Below are positions 36,477 through 46,975 of a DNA stretch of 62,073 nucleotides, one piece after another. This stretch comes from Patescibacteria group bacterium (GTDB taxonomy: Bacteria > Patescibacteriota > Microgenomatia > UM-FILTER-40-11), in contig DATKVM010000007.1 in the NCBI GenBank assembly GCA_035530075.1, forward strand, positions 1 through 62,073. The letters run 5' to 3'. A program made the position numbers and the translations under genes. Under the pieces are notes generated by a model. The model was not told the DNA's origin. It made no database searches and worked only from the letters and a program-made list of their open reading frames with translations. How positions within the stretch are numbered: the first letter of the stretch is position 1; each line of letters begins with the position of its first letter.

Positions 36477-37694
36477 GTGAATAATCGGAAATATGTTTTA
36501 ATTATTTGCGATGGAATGGGTGATCTACCAATTACCCAGTTAAGTAATAAAACTCCGCTGGAGGCAGCCAAGACTCCAAATATGGACCGAATGGCCAAAA
36601 ACGGCAAGACCGGACTAATATCTATTTTGGGCCCGGGCATTCGGCCGAACAGCGATGAGGCGCATTTAACTTTGTTTGGCTACAGCCTAAAGACTGATTA
36701 TCCTGGCCGCGGCCCAATTGAGGCAGCTGGGGTAGGTATTGCGCTTGAAGAAGGCGACATCGCTATTCGCGGCAACTTAGCGACGGTCGATAACGATTTA
36801 CATGTTCTTGACCGCCGGGCCGGAAGAATTGAAGACAGCCGCGACTTTATTAAAGAATTGGACGGAATGGAAATTGACGGTGTCAAGTTTATCCTTAAGC
36901 CCGGAACCGGCCATCGTTTAGTTTTAGTGATGAGAGGAAAAGACCTGTCCGACAAAATCACCAATTCCGATGTCCATTATGTTACCGAAGATAAAATCGT
37001 GGAAAAATGGGAGGGAACCAAAGTCAATATTCCCCGACCGACCGATGATAGCCCTGAGGCAAAATTTACGGCTGAAGTTTTGCAAAAATTTTTAATCAAG
37101 GCCCACGAAATCCTGGAAGCTAACCCCTTAAATACCGACCGGGAATTTAAGGCCAATTATATTTTAACCAGAGGTCCAGGGTATTACAGGAAGTTGAAAC
37201 CGTTTAATGGAATGTGGTCACTTAAAAATGCGGCCTGTATTGCCGGGGCCGGTCTTTATAAAGGTTTTGGAACCATGGCCGGAATGGATTTAATTGAAGT
37301 CCCCGGAGCAACAGGCTTGCCCAACACTGATGTTGCCGCTAAAATTGCTGCCGCTAAAGAAAAAATTAATGAATACGATTTTCTTTTTGTTCACATAAAG
37401 CCAACCGATATTTACGGTCATGACGGTGACTATCAAGGCAAAAAAGCTTTTATTGAAAAAATTGATCAGGCGATTAACCACTTGGACGAGGTGGGAGCGA
37501 CAATTGCGGTAACCGCCGACCATTCGACCCCCTGCTCGCAGAAAGACCACTCGGCCGATCCGGTCCCGCTCTTAATCTACCGCCAGGGCATTGGGGGTGA
37601 TGGAATTGAAAAATTCGGCGAGAGCGAGTGCCGAAAGGGTTCTTTGGGAACCATTAATGGCAATGAATTCATGAAGTTATTTTTAAGTTATTAG
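36477..37694 (+). CDS. apgM: Cofactor-independent phosphoglycerate mutase, archaeal type (ApgM)
   Basis: 405 aa with a GTG start. LIICDGMGD and ADHSTP motifs of the metalloenzyme ApgM family are present, and the gene follows eno. Confidence 0.8.
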   Translation: MNNRKYVLIICDGMGDLPITQLSNKTPLEAAKTPNMDRMAKNGKTGLISILGPGIRPNSDEAHLTLFGYSLKTDYPGRGPIEAAGVGIALEEGDIAIRGNLATVDNDLHVLDRRAGRIEDSRDFIKELDGMEIDGVKFILKPGTGHRLVLVMRGKDLSDKITNSDVHYVTEDKIVEKWEGTKVNIPRPTDDSPEAKFTAEVLQKFLIKAHEILEANPLNTDREFKANYILTRGPGYYRKLKPFNGMWSLKNAACIAGAGLYKGFGTMAGMDLIEVPGATGLPNTDVAAKIAAAKEKINEYDFLFVHIKPTDIYGHDGDYQGKKAFIEKIDQAINHLDEVGATIAVTADHSTPCSQKDHSADPVPLLIYRQGIGGDGIEKFGESECRKGSLGTINGNEFMKLFLSY

Positions 37695-37709
37695 AAGGAG
37701 GTGAATTTA

Positions 37710-37934
37710 ATGAATGACGTTCAAAAAGAATGGACGGGAGAAAGTAATGAGTTAAAAGGAGGGCCTCAAAACATTTTTCCTACTGATGAACAAGCTAAAG
37801 CTTTGTACCAAATGCAATCCGGTAAAGCTTTGAACTTAGAATTTAATACTGGTTGGAGAAGTTATTCCTGGAAGAATGGTTGTAATTACAAGAAGTTAAT
37901 AGTTTTAATGGAATGTGGTGCTACTTCTCAATAA
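37710..37934 (+). CDS. Hypothetical small protein
   Basis: 74 aa from the ATG at 37710, with GGAGGTG 6 nt upstream. No family was recognised. Confidence 0.4.
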   Translation: MNDVQKEWTGESNELKGGPQNIFPTDEQAKALYQMQSGKALNLEFNTGWRSYSWKNGCNYKKLIVLMECGATSQ

Positions 37935-38586
37935 TCTCCACTGAATTTATAACCACAGGAGAAACCGGTTTGGATCCTTCGCCAAAAGCATTTATTTCTA
38001 CTGGAGCGGTGGCAATTTTGTCAACTACCCCTATACCGCTGACCACTTTACCGAAAATAACGTAGTTCTTTGGCAGTTGATAATCCTGATGCATAATGAA
38101 AAATTGGCTCCCATTGGTATCGGGGCCCGCATTAGCCATCGCTACCGTGCCTCTTTCGTATCCCCCCTCAAAAGGCTCATCGTTAAAGAAGTAACCGGGT
38201 CCGCCAGTGCCATCGCCCTTCGGGTCGCCCCCTTGTATCATAAAGTTCTTTACTACTCGGTGGAAAATTGTTTGGTCATAAAAATGATTTTCCGCCAAAT
38301 AAATGAAATTACTAACGGTAATTGGGGTTTGTTGAGCGTTAAGCCGAATCTTAACCGGACCAAAATCGGTATTAATTAAAGCAAAATATTCTTTTTTGGA
38401 GTCGACTTGCATTGTTGGTCGGGCGAGGAGGGTGGGAAGCGGTGTCGGGGACGCGACTTTCTCTTCTTGAGGTTTAGTCGCCGTTTGACCGGACTCGGCC
38501 GGAGCAAAATTTATCGGCAAAGAACAACCGGTAAGCAAAAAAGAGGCCAAAAAAAAGAAGAAAATTAAAATTTCCTTTTTCATCAA
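37921..38586 (-). CDS. Cyclophilin-type peptidyl-prolyl isomerase, lipoprotein
   Basis: A lipobox (FLLTGC) is followed by the cyclophilin core FHRVVKNFMIQGGDP...GTVAMANAGPDTNGSQFFI. Confidence 0.9.
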   Translation of the reverse strand: MMKKEILIFFFFLASFLLTGCSLPINFAPAESGQTATKPQEEKVASPTPLPTLLARPTMQVDSKKEYFALINTDFGPVKIRLNAQQTPITVSNFIYLAENHFYDQTIFHRVVKNFMIQGGDPKGDGTGGPGYFFNDEPFEGGYERGTVAMANAGPDTNGSQFFIMHQDYQLPKNYVIFGKVVSGIGVVDKIATAPVEINAFGEGSKPVSPVVINSVEIIEK

Positions 38587-38597
38587 CTAAAATTTAA

Positions 38598-39128
38598 CTA
38601 ACTTTTAGGCTTGAAGGAACCTTTAACTAGTTTGGCAATATTAACAATAATCCTAGTTTCTCCATCATCGCCCTCAATTTCATTACTGCCAGTCATTTTT
38701 TGGTACTGCAAAAGGTAATCGGAAAGAGTCTCTTCATTTTCTTTAATTTGCTCACTTAATTCCTCCAGCTTTTCTTTTATTTCCTTTAAAGCCGGTTGAT
38801 TTAAAATTTGTTGTCGGGTTTCAATTCGCTTTTGATTCGCTTCTTTGACCTTTTCATTGTGTTCCCGATAGACGGCATCATTTTCAAAAGCATCTTTAAG
38901 CAGTCTTTTTTCTTTCCTCAGTTCCTTTTTAAGGTTGTCAATTTGAGTCGAATAACTCTTAATTAAGCTCTCGAGATTGAGGAAATCGGCCGCCTTTCCT
39001 AAGTTTCCTTTCACCTCATCTCCAGTTGTCGATTCCTCGGGAATAATAACGGAATTTTGGGTTGACGGTGTCGTCATACGAATATCAGCATACACAAGTT
39101 TTTCACTTTTGGTCAAGAGGGAAATCAC
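38598..39128 (-). CDS. Hypothetical coiled-coil protein
   Basis: 176-aa ORF, rich in Lys/Glu heptad-like sequence. No family was recognised. Confidence 0.4.
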   Translation of the reverse strand: MISLLTKSEKLVYADIRMTTPSTQNSVIIPEESTTGDEVKGNLGKAADFLNLESLIKSYSTQIDNLKKELRKEKRLLKDAFENDAVYREHNEKVKEANQKRIETRQQILNQPALKEIKEKLEELSEQIKENEETLSDYLLQYQKMTGSNEIEGDDGETRIIVNIAKLVKGSFKPKS

Positions 39129-39230
39129 TTTCGACTCACTTATCTTTCATACGATTTTCTTACTGATCTCTTTCTTAAACATCAACCCCTAAGGATATGT
39201 TTACCTGATCAAATTTATTTTGGCCTAAAT

Positions 39231-40778
39231 ATGCAATCCAAGGATGAAATCATTCCCTTCCCCTTAGAATTAAAGAGGCGAAAGGGGAGGGGTTTTTGTT
39301 TCCGGGGAGTGGAATTTGTTCACCATACGAATCTGCCAATAGCGGAAAGTGCTTTTTTTATCCTTAGTCCTACACAAAAATATATTTTGCTAGTTTTCCT
39401 TTTTACCTTCTTATTGAGCCTACTTTTAAATTGGCACTTTACCCTGACTTTTTTAATCGGCGCCTTGACGATTCTTTATTTTGCTGACCTTATTTTCAAT
39501 CTGTATTTAATTTTGAAAAGTTTTATCAACCCGCCGGAAATTTCCTTTGTTCCCAAAGAAATTGCCGGTCTTGATGGACGAAAGCTGCCATTTTATACAA
39601 TTTTTTGCCCATTGTACAAAGAGTGGGAAGTTTTACCCCAATTTGTAACGGCGATTAGCCGGCTTGACTACCCCAAAGACAAACTGCAGGTTTTACTGCT
39701 CTTGGAAGAGAATGACGAAAAAACAATCAAAGTTGCCCGAGATTACCGGCTACCGAGCTATTTTGAGACGATTATTGTCCCTCACTCTTTGCCCAAAACC
39801 AAGCCGAAGGCTCTCAATTATGGACTTAAGTTAGCTAAAGGCGAATATGCGGTCATCTACGACGCCGAAGATATCCCCGAGAAAAATCAACTGAAAAAAG
39901 CCTGTTTAGCTTTCGATCGAGTCAATGAAAAAACAATTTGTATTCAAGCAAAACTAAATTATTACAATCCTCACCAAAATCTTTTAACTCGACTTTTTAC
40001 CGCTGAGTATTCCCTTTGGTTCGACCTTATCCTCATCGGCTTACAATCAATTCACGCGCCCATTCCTCTCGGAGGGACTTCTAATCACTTCCGCCTGAAG
40101 GCCTTGCGCTCTTTGGAGGGCTGGGACCCTTTCAATGTGACTGAAGATTGTGATTTGGGTATCAGACTAGCCAAAAAAGGCTATCACACGGCAATGATGG
40201 ATTCGACTACCTTTGAAGAAGCTAATTGTCAACCGTTAAATTGGCTCCGGCAACGAAGCCGCTGGATAAAAGGCTATATTCAAACCTATTTTGTTCATAT
40301 GCGGCAACCAAAAGATTTTCTTCATGACTGGAGAAATCCAGATATTCTGACTTTTCAGTTAGTCGTGGGAGGAAAAATTTTGTCGATATTTATCAATCCT
40401 CTTATGTGGCTAACCACTCTCTGTTACTTTTTATTCCGGCCAATGGTCGGTCAATTAATTGAATCTTTTTATCCGCCAGCAATTATGTACTTAGGCGTCT
40501 TTTGCTTGGCAGTGGGCAATTTTTTATATCTTTATTATTATATGGTTGGTTGTGCTAAAAGAGGCTATTTTGATTTACTCAAATATGTCTTTCTGGTTCC
40601 TTTTTATTGGCTTGGGATGAGTTTGGCGGGCTGGAAGGCCTTGTATGAAATTGCTTACCACCCTCATTACTGGGCGAAAACCACTCACGGTTTCCATATT
40701 AATAACCAGAAAGCCACCAACCAGGCCGTTAATATTGTCGGCCAACAACTGGTTGACCGAACGATTGCCGTATCTTAA
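39231..40778 (+). CDS. Membrane-embedded family-2 glycosyltransferase (processive type)
   Basis: 515 aa with flanking TM helices. GT2 motifs YDAEDIP and QRSRWIKG (QxxRW) are present. Confidence 0.8.
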   Translation: MQSKDEIIPFPLELKRRKGRGFCFRGVEFVHHTNLPIAESAFFILSPTQKYILLVFLFTFLLSLLLNWHFTLTFLIGALTILYFADLIFNLYLILKSFINPPEISFVPKEIAGLDGRKLPFYTIFCPLYKEWEVLPQFVTAISRLDYPKDKLQVLLLLEENDEKTIKVARDYRLPSYFETIIVPHSLPKTKPKALNYGLKLAKGEYAVIYDAEDIPEKNQLKKACLAFDRVNEKTICIQAKLNYYNPHQNLLTRLFTAEYSLWFDLILIGLQSIHAPIPLGGTSNHFRLKALRSLEGWDPFNVTEDCDLGIRLAKKGYHTAMMDSTTFEEANCQPLNWLRQRSRWIKGYIQTYFVHMRQPKDFLHDWRNPDILTFQLVVGGKILSIFINPLMWLTTLCYFLFRPMVGQLIESFYPPAIMYLGVFCLAVGNFLYLYYYMVGCAKRGYFDLLKYVFLVPFYWLGMSLAGWKALYEIAYHPHYWAKTTHGFHINNQKATNQAVNIVGQQLVDRTIAVS

Positions 40779-40800
40779 CTAAAATTGTTTCTTTAAACGT

Positions 40801-42324
40801 ATGCATCGGAAGATTGTTTTGGCTTTGGCATTTGTATTTAGTATTTTCAGCGCTCTTTTTTGTCATCTTAACGATTTTGTTATTGCTTACGGTGATGCCG
40901 AATCGCACCTTAATATTGCCAAGCGAGTAATTTCCTGTCTTACTCCCGGCTTAGCCCAATTGGGGGGCATCTGGCTACCGCTTCCTCATTTATTGATGGT
41001 GCCCCTGGTAGCTTTCGACCCACTTTGGCGCAGTGGTTGGGCGGGAACGATTGTTTCTGGAGGGGCTTTTATCATTTCATCCCTAATTATTTATCAACTG
41101 GCTATGCTGATTTTAGATAATAAAAGAGTGGCTTTATTGGCAGCGGTGGTTTTTATTGCCAATCCAAACGTACTTTATCTCCAGGCAACGCCGATGACTG
41201 AACTACCGTTAATTGCTTTTCTTCTCCTAAACACATATTTCTTCCTTAAATTTATAAAGGGAGAAAAAGAGGTTTTCTCTTTAATCTTGGCCGGCTTCTT
41301 TGGCCTTTGTGCGACTTTAAGCCGTTATGATGGCTGGTTTCTGGTGGCTTTGGAGGCAGGGCTACTGGTGTTGTCTTTAGTTAAAAGAGGGCAATCGCCA
41401 AAGGCAATCGAGGGAAAATTAATTTTGTTTGCCACTCCCGCTTTTTACGGGATTTTTCTTTGGCTTCTTTGGAACTTTTTGATTTTTCAAAACCCTTTTT
41501 ATTTTACTAACAGCATTTTTTCGGCTAAGTCGCAACAAATGGCGTGGCTGGCTAGAAATGAATTACCCGCTTATCACAATTTAGGCCTGGCTTTTGCTTA
41601 CTATTTGACAACGGCGGTGGCTAATATCGGTTTAATTTTTTCCTTGGCCGCCGGTGCCGGAATATTACTTTATCTTTGGCGGAAAGAAGAAAAGTATCGC
41701 CTGATTGTGGCTGCCATTTTACTCTCGCCTTTCCCTTTTTATCTCATATCTCTTTATCTTGGGCAATCGGTTATTTTTATACCATCGCTAACGCCAGAAA
41801 CCTTTGAATGGCGGCTTTTCAATGTCCGTTATGGTGTAATGATGGTGCCGGCTTCATCGATATTCTTTGCCTATCTTTTCAAAAAAACCAAAAGGCTCTT
41901 TCTCCCCCTAGTCGGTCTTTTTTTTCTATCTCAAATATTTTTATACCTTTCAGGGCAAGCGGAGGTAATTTCTCTAAGCGATGGTCTTAAGGGGTTATCG
42001 TCAGCCAAGAAACCGGATGCTCAAAACTGGCTGGCCCAGCATTACGATCGAGGTTTAGTTTTATTAGATGATTATGCCCGGACTCTCAGTGTTATTCAAA
42101 CCCATATCCCAATGCAAAATGTTATTTATGTAGGAACAACGCCTTATTGGGAAGATTCATTTAAGGAACCGGAAAAATATGCCATTTGGATAATTATGCA
42201 AAAAGACGACACGGTCTGGCGCCGACTTTATGATCAGCCGGAAATGAGAGATCGTCTCTACAAATTTTTTAATAAAGTCTACACCTCGAAAGAAATTCTA
42301 ATTTTTAAACGCATTGGTTCATAA
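40801..42324 (+). CDS. GT-C-type membrane glycosyltransferase (ArnT/PMT-like)
   Basis: 507 aa with about 11 or more TM helices and a C-terminal soluble domain. It has an early acidic loop (YGDAESH). Confidence 0.55.
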   Translation: MHRKIVLALAFVFSIFSALFCHLNDFVIAYGDAESHLNIAKRVISCLTPGLAQLGGIWLPLPHLLMVPLVAFDPLWRSGWAGTIVSGGAFIISSLIIYQLAMLILDNKRVALLAAVVFIANPNVLYLQATPMTELPLIAFLLLNTYFFLKFIKGEKEVFSLILAGFFGLCATLSRYDGWFLVALEAGLLVLSLVKRGQSPKAIEGKLILFATPAFYGIFLWLLWNFLIFQNPFYFTNSIFSAKSQQMAWLARNELPAYHNLGLAFAYYLTTAVANIGLIFSLAAGAGILLYLWRKEEKYRLIVAAILLSPFPFYLISLYLGQSVIFIPSLTPETFEWRLFNVRYGVMMVPASSIFFAYLFKKTKRLFLPLVGLFFLSQIFLYLSGQAEVISLSDGLKGLSSAKKPDAQNWLAQHYDRGLVLLDDYARTLSVIQTHIPMQNVIYVGTTPYWEDSFKEPEKYAIWIIMQKDDTVWRRLYDQPEMRDRLYKFFNKVYTSKEILIFKRIGS

Positions 42325-42337
42325 ACTTTATTATAAA

Positions 42338-42373
42338 AACAAGCCCACCGATACCAATAACTTTGGGCTTGTT
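42338..42373. terminator. Bidirectional intrinsic terminator between convergent genes
   Basis: 10-bp stem AACAAGCCCA (42338-42347) / TGGGCTTGTT (42364-42373). It is flanked by an A-run on the left and a T-run on the right. Confidence 0.6.
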
Positions 42374-42386
42374 TTCTCGTCATTAA

Positions 42387-42848
42387 TTACTCTGTCTTGG
42401 GAAGAGTCGGGCAAGATGACAAACATCCATTTTTAGGACAGGGAAGGGTAATCGTTTTAACACAATAATTTGCTTCCGGTTTTAGGTAGTCTCCCCATTC
42501 TGGATAGGGATTTTCTAATAAAATCCAGCCCGTTGGACAACGCTGGTCGCGGGCAAATTTCCAGAGGGAAATTTCCCGATGCAAACCCTCGGAAGGTGAG
42601 CTACCACAAAAAAATTGAAAAAGGTTTCCACAACTTAATTGTTTAACATAGTCGACGCCGGTATGAGTTTCGCTTTGGCCAACAATGCCGTGGGTACCCG
42701 ATTCATAACAAGCAACTATCTTTGGATTTTTGTTTAGTTTTTGACAATCAACTTTACAGCAATTATCTAAGCTTGTCGCCGCCGCTGGTTGGGCGACCAC
42801 CAAAAGCAAACCCGCCAAAAAAGCCAGAAAGGCTATTTTTTTCATCAT
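42387..42848 (-). CDS. Secreted cysteine-rich hypothetical protein
   Basis: 153 aa with a signal peptide (MMKKIAFLAFLAGLLLVVAQPAAA), 13 Cys residues by my count, and the SD GGAGGTG upstream. Confidence 0.55.
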   Translation of the reverse strand: MMKKIAFLAFLAGLLLVVAQPAAATSLDNCCKVDCQKLNKNPKIVACYESGTHGIVGQSETHTGVDYVKQLSCGNLFQFFCGSSPSEGLHREISLWKFARDQRCPTGWILLENPYPEWGDYLKPEANYCVKTITLPCPKNGCLSSCPTLPKTE

Positions 42849-43036
42849 TGTTCACCTCCTTTCTTTTCTAAATTCACTATTCATTGTTGAGTAATGTTGT
42901 TGGTTATTAATTAAAAAGACGTAATAATACCGAAAGAACTTCTAGTGAAATCTATATTTTGGGCGGACTTGCATGGTTGACAAATTGTGCTAGAATGAAT
43001 TCCTGAATTGTTTTTCAAAAAATCATTTCTGCCCAA

Positions 43037-44281
43037 ATGATATTAAACGCGCCTAAGAGAAAAACTTTTACCTTTTTTCCCGCCATTTTTTCCTTATCTT
43101 TTTTTTTGAATCTCTTTTCTTGGACTTTCAAACTTCCTCCGCTGCCTAAATTACCGCTAGGGATGTTTCGCCGACCAACATTGCCTCCCTCAATTTTCCC
43201 TACTCCTAAACCGACCACCACTCCCCCGACTATGCCTACCCCTACCACCGGCTTAACCCCGACGTTAACCCCAACCTTAATTTTGCTTCCATCCATCACT
43301 CCAACCATTATTCCAACTTTAATTCAGACTTTAACTCCAACAATGACCCCGCCCACGCCTTCGCCAACCACTACCGGCTCCTGGCCGATACAAAGTGTTT
43401 CCTCAATGAAGGAAACCAAAGACCGTATCTGCGGCCAGCGTGACCAAACCTTTATTGACCGTTGGGTGGACAAAGCTAAAGAATTAGGAGCAAATTACGT
43501 GGCGGTGGAAACGCCTTACGATAACCCGACCTGCGGCAATTCCGTGAATTACACTTGGAAATGGGTCAATGCCATTCGCAGCCGCGGCTTAAAGGTCTGG
43601 CATCGGCATATGCCTTTGGCTTTTGAGGGCATTTACGACACTCCCAAAGCCAAAGGAGACTATCTAACCATGATCGACGATTACATTAAGAATAATTGGG
43701 GGATGTTTAGGGAAGGGGATATTTTTACTCCGATTCCAGAACCGCAAAACGGCGGGGTGGGAGGAGTAACCTATTGTGCTTACGGTATCTGCATCTTTGA
43801 TAACCAGGAGCACTTTAACCGTTGGTTGAGGGAGGCCATTGATGCGGCGAATAACGCTTTTGATCAAATCGGTTTGGGTAGAAAAATAAAAATCGGCTAC
43901 TTTGGTTTTGACGGCTTTGTCACCTGGGGCAGCAATAATCCCGACTGGCAGGGGATTTTGGAAGACGCGACGATTCAAAAAATGGGGAACGTAACGATTG
44001 ATCATTACCCTGAACTGATTGGCCAAACAATGGAGCAGGGACTGGACGAAGTGATGGCCAAATACCCAGGTTTGCCGATTATTATCGGCGAGTGGGGTAG
44101 TGCTGGTAATGGCGATATCGAGCAGCAAGTGAGAAACAGTCTGGGGGCGGCCAAGCGGCCAAGCGTAGTTGGCTTTAATTATTGGCATCTGGGTATGGGC
44201 GGCAATGAAGCTCTAATAAATGAAGACTTCTCTAATCGTCCTCAATATGACGAAGTCCAGGGATTCTTCAAAATTAACTAA
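43037..44281 (+). CDS. Secreted TIM-barrel glycoside hydrolase-like protein (clan GH-A-like) with a Pro/Thr linker
   Basis: 414 aa. An N-terminal anchor is followed by a PT-rich tract. Candidate acid/base (PEPQNGG) and nucleophile (IIGEWGS) motifs are present. Confidence 0.45.
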   Translation: MILNAPKRKTFTFFPAIFSLSFFLNLFSWTFKLPPLPKLPLGMFRRPTLPPSIFPTPKPTTTPPTMPTPTTGLTPTLTPTLILLPSITPTIIPTLIQTLTPTMTPPTPSPTTTGSWPIQSVSSMKETKDRICGQRDQTFIDRWVDKAKELGANYVAVETPYDNPTCGNSVNYTWKWVNAIRSRGLKVWHRHMPLAFEGIYDTPKAKGDYLTMIDDYIKNNWGMFREGDIFTPIPEPQNGGVGGVTYCAYGICIFDNQEHFNRWLREAIDAANNAFDQIGLGRKIKIGYFGFDGFVTWGSNNPDWQGILEDATIQKMGNVTIDHYPELIGQTMEQGLDEVMAKYPGLPIIIGEWGSAGNGDIEQQVRNSLGAAKRPSVVGFNYWHLGMGGNEALINEDFSNRPQYDEVQGFFKIN

Positions 44282-44328
44282 TTTTTCACTTTATTACCTT
44301 TTGCTTATGTTGTATAGTAATTCTAGCT

Positions 44329-45249
44329 ATGGCCAGGAAAGAGAAACCAGTTCTTGATTCTTCGCTTTTATATTCCAAGCTAAAGTATCGGTGGCTTCTT
44401 TCAGAGCAAGCCTTAAGCCAAAAAAACCCCCAGGCAATTGAATTCTTGAAGGCCAAAAATCTCTTGGAGCCGGGGAAAATTCGCGAGCATGCCGGTAAAC
44501 TTTTGGCTTCTGGGGCTCTAGCCGGAAGCTTAATGCTTTCCGTCCCTGCTGTTAGTCCAACCACGCCCCAAAAACAAGTCGAAATGACTCATATGAGCCG
44601 CTCGCAATCTTTAGTTAATAAATTGGCCAACATTCTCCCACCGCAAGTCGGGCCGTTAACGCCGCCACAAGAAGAAAGAATCAGCCAAGCATTTGAAAAT
44701 GTTTGGGGGGTGCGAGCGGTTGGTAACCTAGAAAACAACCATCTTAACCAAACTTATGGCTTTATCGGGGCGGAACAACATTTACCCCGCTATCCCGGGG
44801 ACACCGTAGAACAGCACGATCAGCTTTTGCAATCAGGTATTACCTCGAGTTTAGGCGGTTGGGGTTACTTTGCTAATGCGAAGAAAAATTTGACGGCCGA
44901 GTTGGAAGAAAGCGAAAAATATTATGTGGCGGTTCAGACCCTTTACTTGCCCGACTGGAATACCCGGACAAGAGAATTAAGTCAATGGTATAAATACCGA
45001 AAGGTCTTAGTCGTTAATCCGGTTAACGGCAAAACAATCGTTGCCGTTATTGCCGATGCCGGCCCTGCGGCCTGGACCGGGAAGCACTTTGGGGGTTCGC
45101 CGGAAGTGATGGCTTATTTAGGTCTTAATGTAGGGAAACAAAAGGGCCCGGTTATCTTGTTCTTTGTTGATGATCCAGACAAGAAAGTTTCTCTCGGACC
45201 ACTAGAGTATAATTTAAAACAAGGGCCGCTCGCGATGACGGAGCAGTAG
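44329..45249 (+). CDS. Exported protein with a C-terminal RlpA-like double-psi beta-barrel-like region
   Basis: 306 aa. VLVVNPVNGKTIVAVIADAGPAAWTGKHFGGSPEVMAYLG resembles DPBB/RlpA-type domains. The match is weak. Confidence 0.35.
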   Translation: MARKEKPVLDSSLLYSKLKYRWLLSEQALSQKNPQAIEFLKAKNLLEPGKIREHAGKLLASGALAGSLMLSVPAVSPTTPQKQVEMTHMSRSQSLVNKLANILPPQVGPLTPPQEERISQAFENVWGVRAVGNLENNHLNQTYGFIGAEQHLPRYPGDTVEQHDQLLQSGITSSLGGWGYFANAKKNLTAELEESEKYYVAVQTLYLPDWNTRTRELSQWYKYRKVLVVNPVNGKTIVAVIADAGPAAWTGKHFGGSPEVMAYLGLNVGKQKGPVILFFVDDPDKKVSLGPLEYNLKQGPLAMTEQ

Positions 45250-45254
45250 AAAGT

Positions 45255-45587
45255 ATGTCCAAGATTTTTTACGACCATCTAATCAAAATCGAAGAGGTCA
45301 TTGTCGAACTGGAGGGCCATCAGTTAGAAGATGGGGAAAAAGAGGAACTTATTAGCCTTATTGATGATACTTTTCACCATCAGACTCTTAATCTTATTCT
45401 AAGTCATCTGTCTTCGGGGCAGCAGGAAAATTTTTTGACCCGTTTTAATGAAGCTCCTTATGATCCGGACTTGCTTAATTTTCTTAAAGAAACTATTACC
45501 GATGATGTTGAAGAGATGATTAAAAAAGAGGCGGAAAAGATTAAAAAAGAAATCCTCTCTGATATCAAAAAATCCCAGAGGAAATAA
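45255..45587 (+). CDS. Hypothetical acidic protein
   Basis: 110-aa ORF directly after 44329..45249. No family was recognised. Confidence 0.4.
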   Translation: MSKIFYDHLIKIEEVIVELEGHQLEDGEKEELISLIDDTFHHQTLNLILSHLSSGQQENFLTRFNEAPYDPDLLNFLKETITDDVEEMIKKEAEKIKKEILSDIKKSQRK

Positions 45588-45624
45588 TCCAAGATTTTCC
45601 CTTTAACCTCTTTAAATTGCCTGG

Positions 45625-46059
45625 CTAGTCATGCTCCCGGAAAGGGCTGTCCATATGGAAAAAGTTACTTTGGCGACCATTTTTTAAGTTTTCCTGGAAC
45701 ATAAAGACTAGCTCTCGACTATCAAATGACTTAAACCATTCAGCCCAGCTGATTTTTTGTAATTCGCGACCGCCATAGCCCGGAAAATCAAAACGCAAAA
45801 CTCCCGGGCGCTGGTTATGCTCCGTTCCCGGTACCGTCGCTGGTTTGGCCTTCCGCTCTTCGGCCCACTGATGAATAACCTCTTTATTGCGGGTAACTAA
45901 TGCCTGTCCTGGATAATCTTCATGCTCATCGGGTGTATTTATCCATTTGGCATGTTTTGTCGTATAAGAAAGGTTTTCTCCATACTTTTGGAGATATTCC
46001 TTGTTTGCCAAAGAGGGATTCCTAGGATTGTTCGTCGATTCCTTTTTCATCCATTTCAC
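45625..46059 (-). CDS. Hypothetical protein
   Basis: 144-aa ORF with the SD GGAGGTG upstream. No family was recognised. Confidence 0.45.
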   Translation of the reverse strand: MKWMKKESTNNPRNPSLANKEYLQKYGENLSYTTKHAKWINTPDEHEDYPGQALVTRNKEVIHQWAEERKAKPATVPGTEHNQRPGVLRFDFPGYGGRELQKISWAEWFKSFDSRELVFMFQENLKNGRQSNFFHMDSPFREHD

Positions 46060-46185
46060 CTCCTTTCGGTTTGCATACTAAACGACTCTAAGACAATTTC
46101 GTAAGGGCAAGGTAAATCGGCGGTTACAAATCCAAAAGAGAGTTTCTCTTGACAAGCTCGAAATGAAACATGGTATATTGAACTA

Positions 46186-46938
46186 GTGAAAACAATCGTT
46201 CAAAAAATTCTACCAGCGTTTCTCTTAATAATCCTTTCTTTCGTCACGCTTTTTGGCTATACCCGGCTTTTAGGGCCGATTCCTTTTTCCGTTAGAAGCG
46301 TCACGACGAACAAGAATGATGTTTTCTCCGTTTCCGGCGAGGGAAAAGCCGTGGTTAAGCCGGATATTGCTTTAGTCAATGTTGGCATCGAAGCTAGCGG
46401 CAATTCGGTTACTCAAGTCCAAAACCAAATTAATGCCACGATAAGCAAAGTGGCCGCCAGTTTGAAAAAGTTGGGAGTTGACGAAAAAGACATCAAAACT
46501 ACTAATTACAATATTAACCCCGCTTACGATTGGAACAGCGGTCGGCAGCGCATCATCGGCTACAACGCGAGCACGAACCTTTCCGTCAAAGTTCGGGACA
46601 TTGACAAAATAAATGAAGTCATTGATGCCGCCACCGCCAACGGGGCCAACCAAGTCGGCAACATCACTTTTGATGTTGACGATAAAACCAAAGCCGAAGA
46701 AGAAGCGCGCAAGCAAGCGGTCGATGAAGCAAAGAAAAAAGCGGTCGAAGCGGCCCGGATTGCCGGTTTTAAATTAGGTAAAATTATTAATTACAGTGAA
46801 GGGCGAAACGATTTGCCGCAACCGGTACTCTTGCGGGAGTCTGCCAATGTGGGAATGGGGGGAGGAGCACCAACTGAAGTTCAGCCTGGCTCATCAGAAA
46901 TCAAGATTTTTGTCACACTCAGCTACGAAATAGAGTAA
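46186..46938 (+). CDS. SIMPL-domain (DUF541) periplasmic protein
   Basis: 250 aa with a GTG start and an N-terminal anchor. FSVSGEGKAVVKPDIALVNVGI... matches the SIMPL/26-kDa periplasmic immunogenic protein pattern. Confidence 0.7.
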   Translation: MKTIVQKILPAFLLIILSFVTLFGYTRLLGPIPFSVRSVTTNKNDVFSVSGEGKAVVKPDIALVNVGIEASGNSVTQVQNQINATISKVAASLKKLGVDEKDIKTTNYNINPAYDWNSGRQRIIGYNASTNLSVKVRDIDKINEVIDAATANGANQVGNITFDVDDKTKAEEEARKQAVDEAKKKAVEAARIAGFKLGKIINYSEGRNDLPQPVLLRESANVGMGGGAPTEVQPGSSEIKIFVTLSYEIE

Positions 46939-46975
46939 TTCTTTAACTTCGACTTAACCGCGTTATAATGTGGTC

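Noticed and set aside
43015-43308. Minus-strand ORF 43015..43308 (a Gly/Val-rich 97-aa product).
   Set aside because: It is the antisense reading of the Pro/Thr-rich linker of the 43037..44281 gene, which is a typical shadow ORF.
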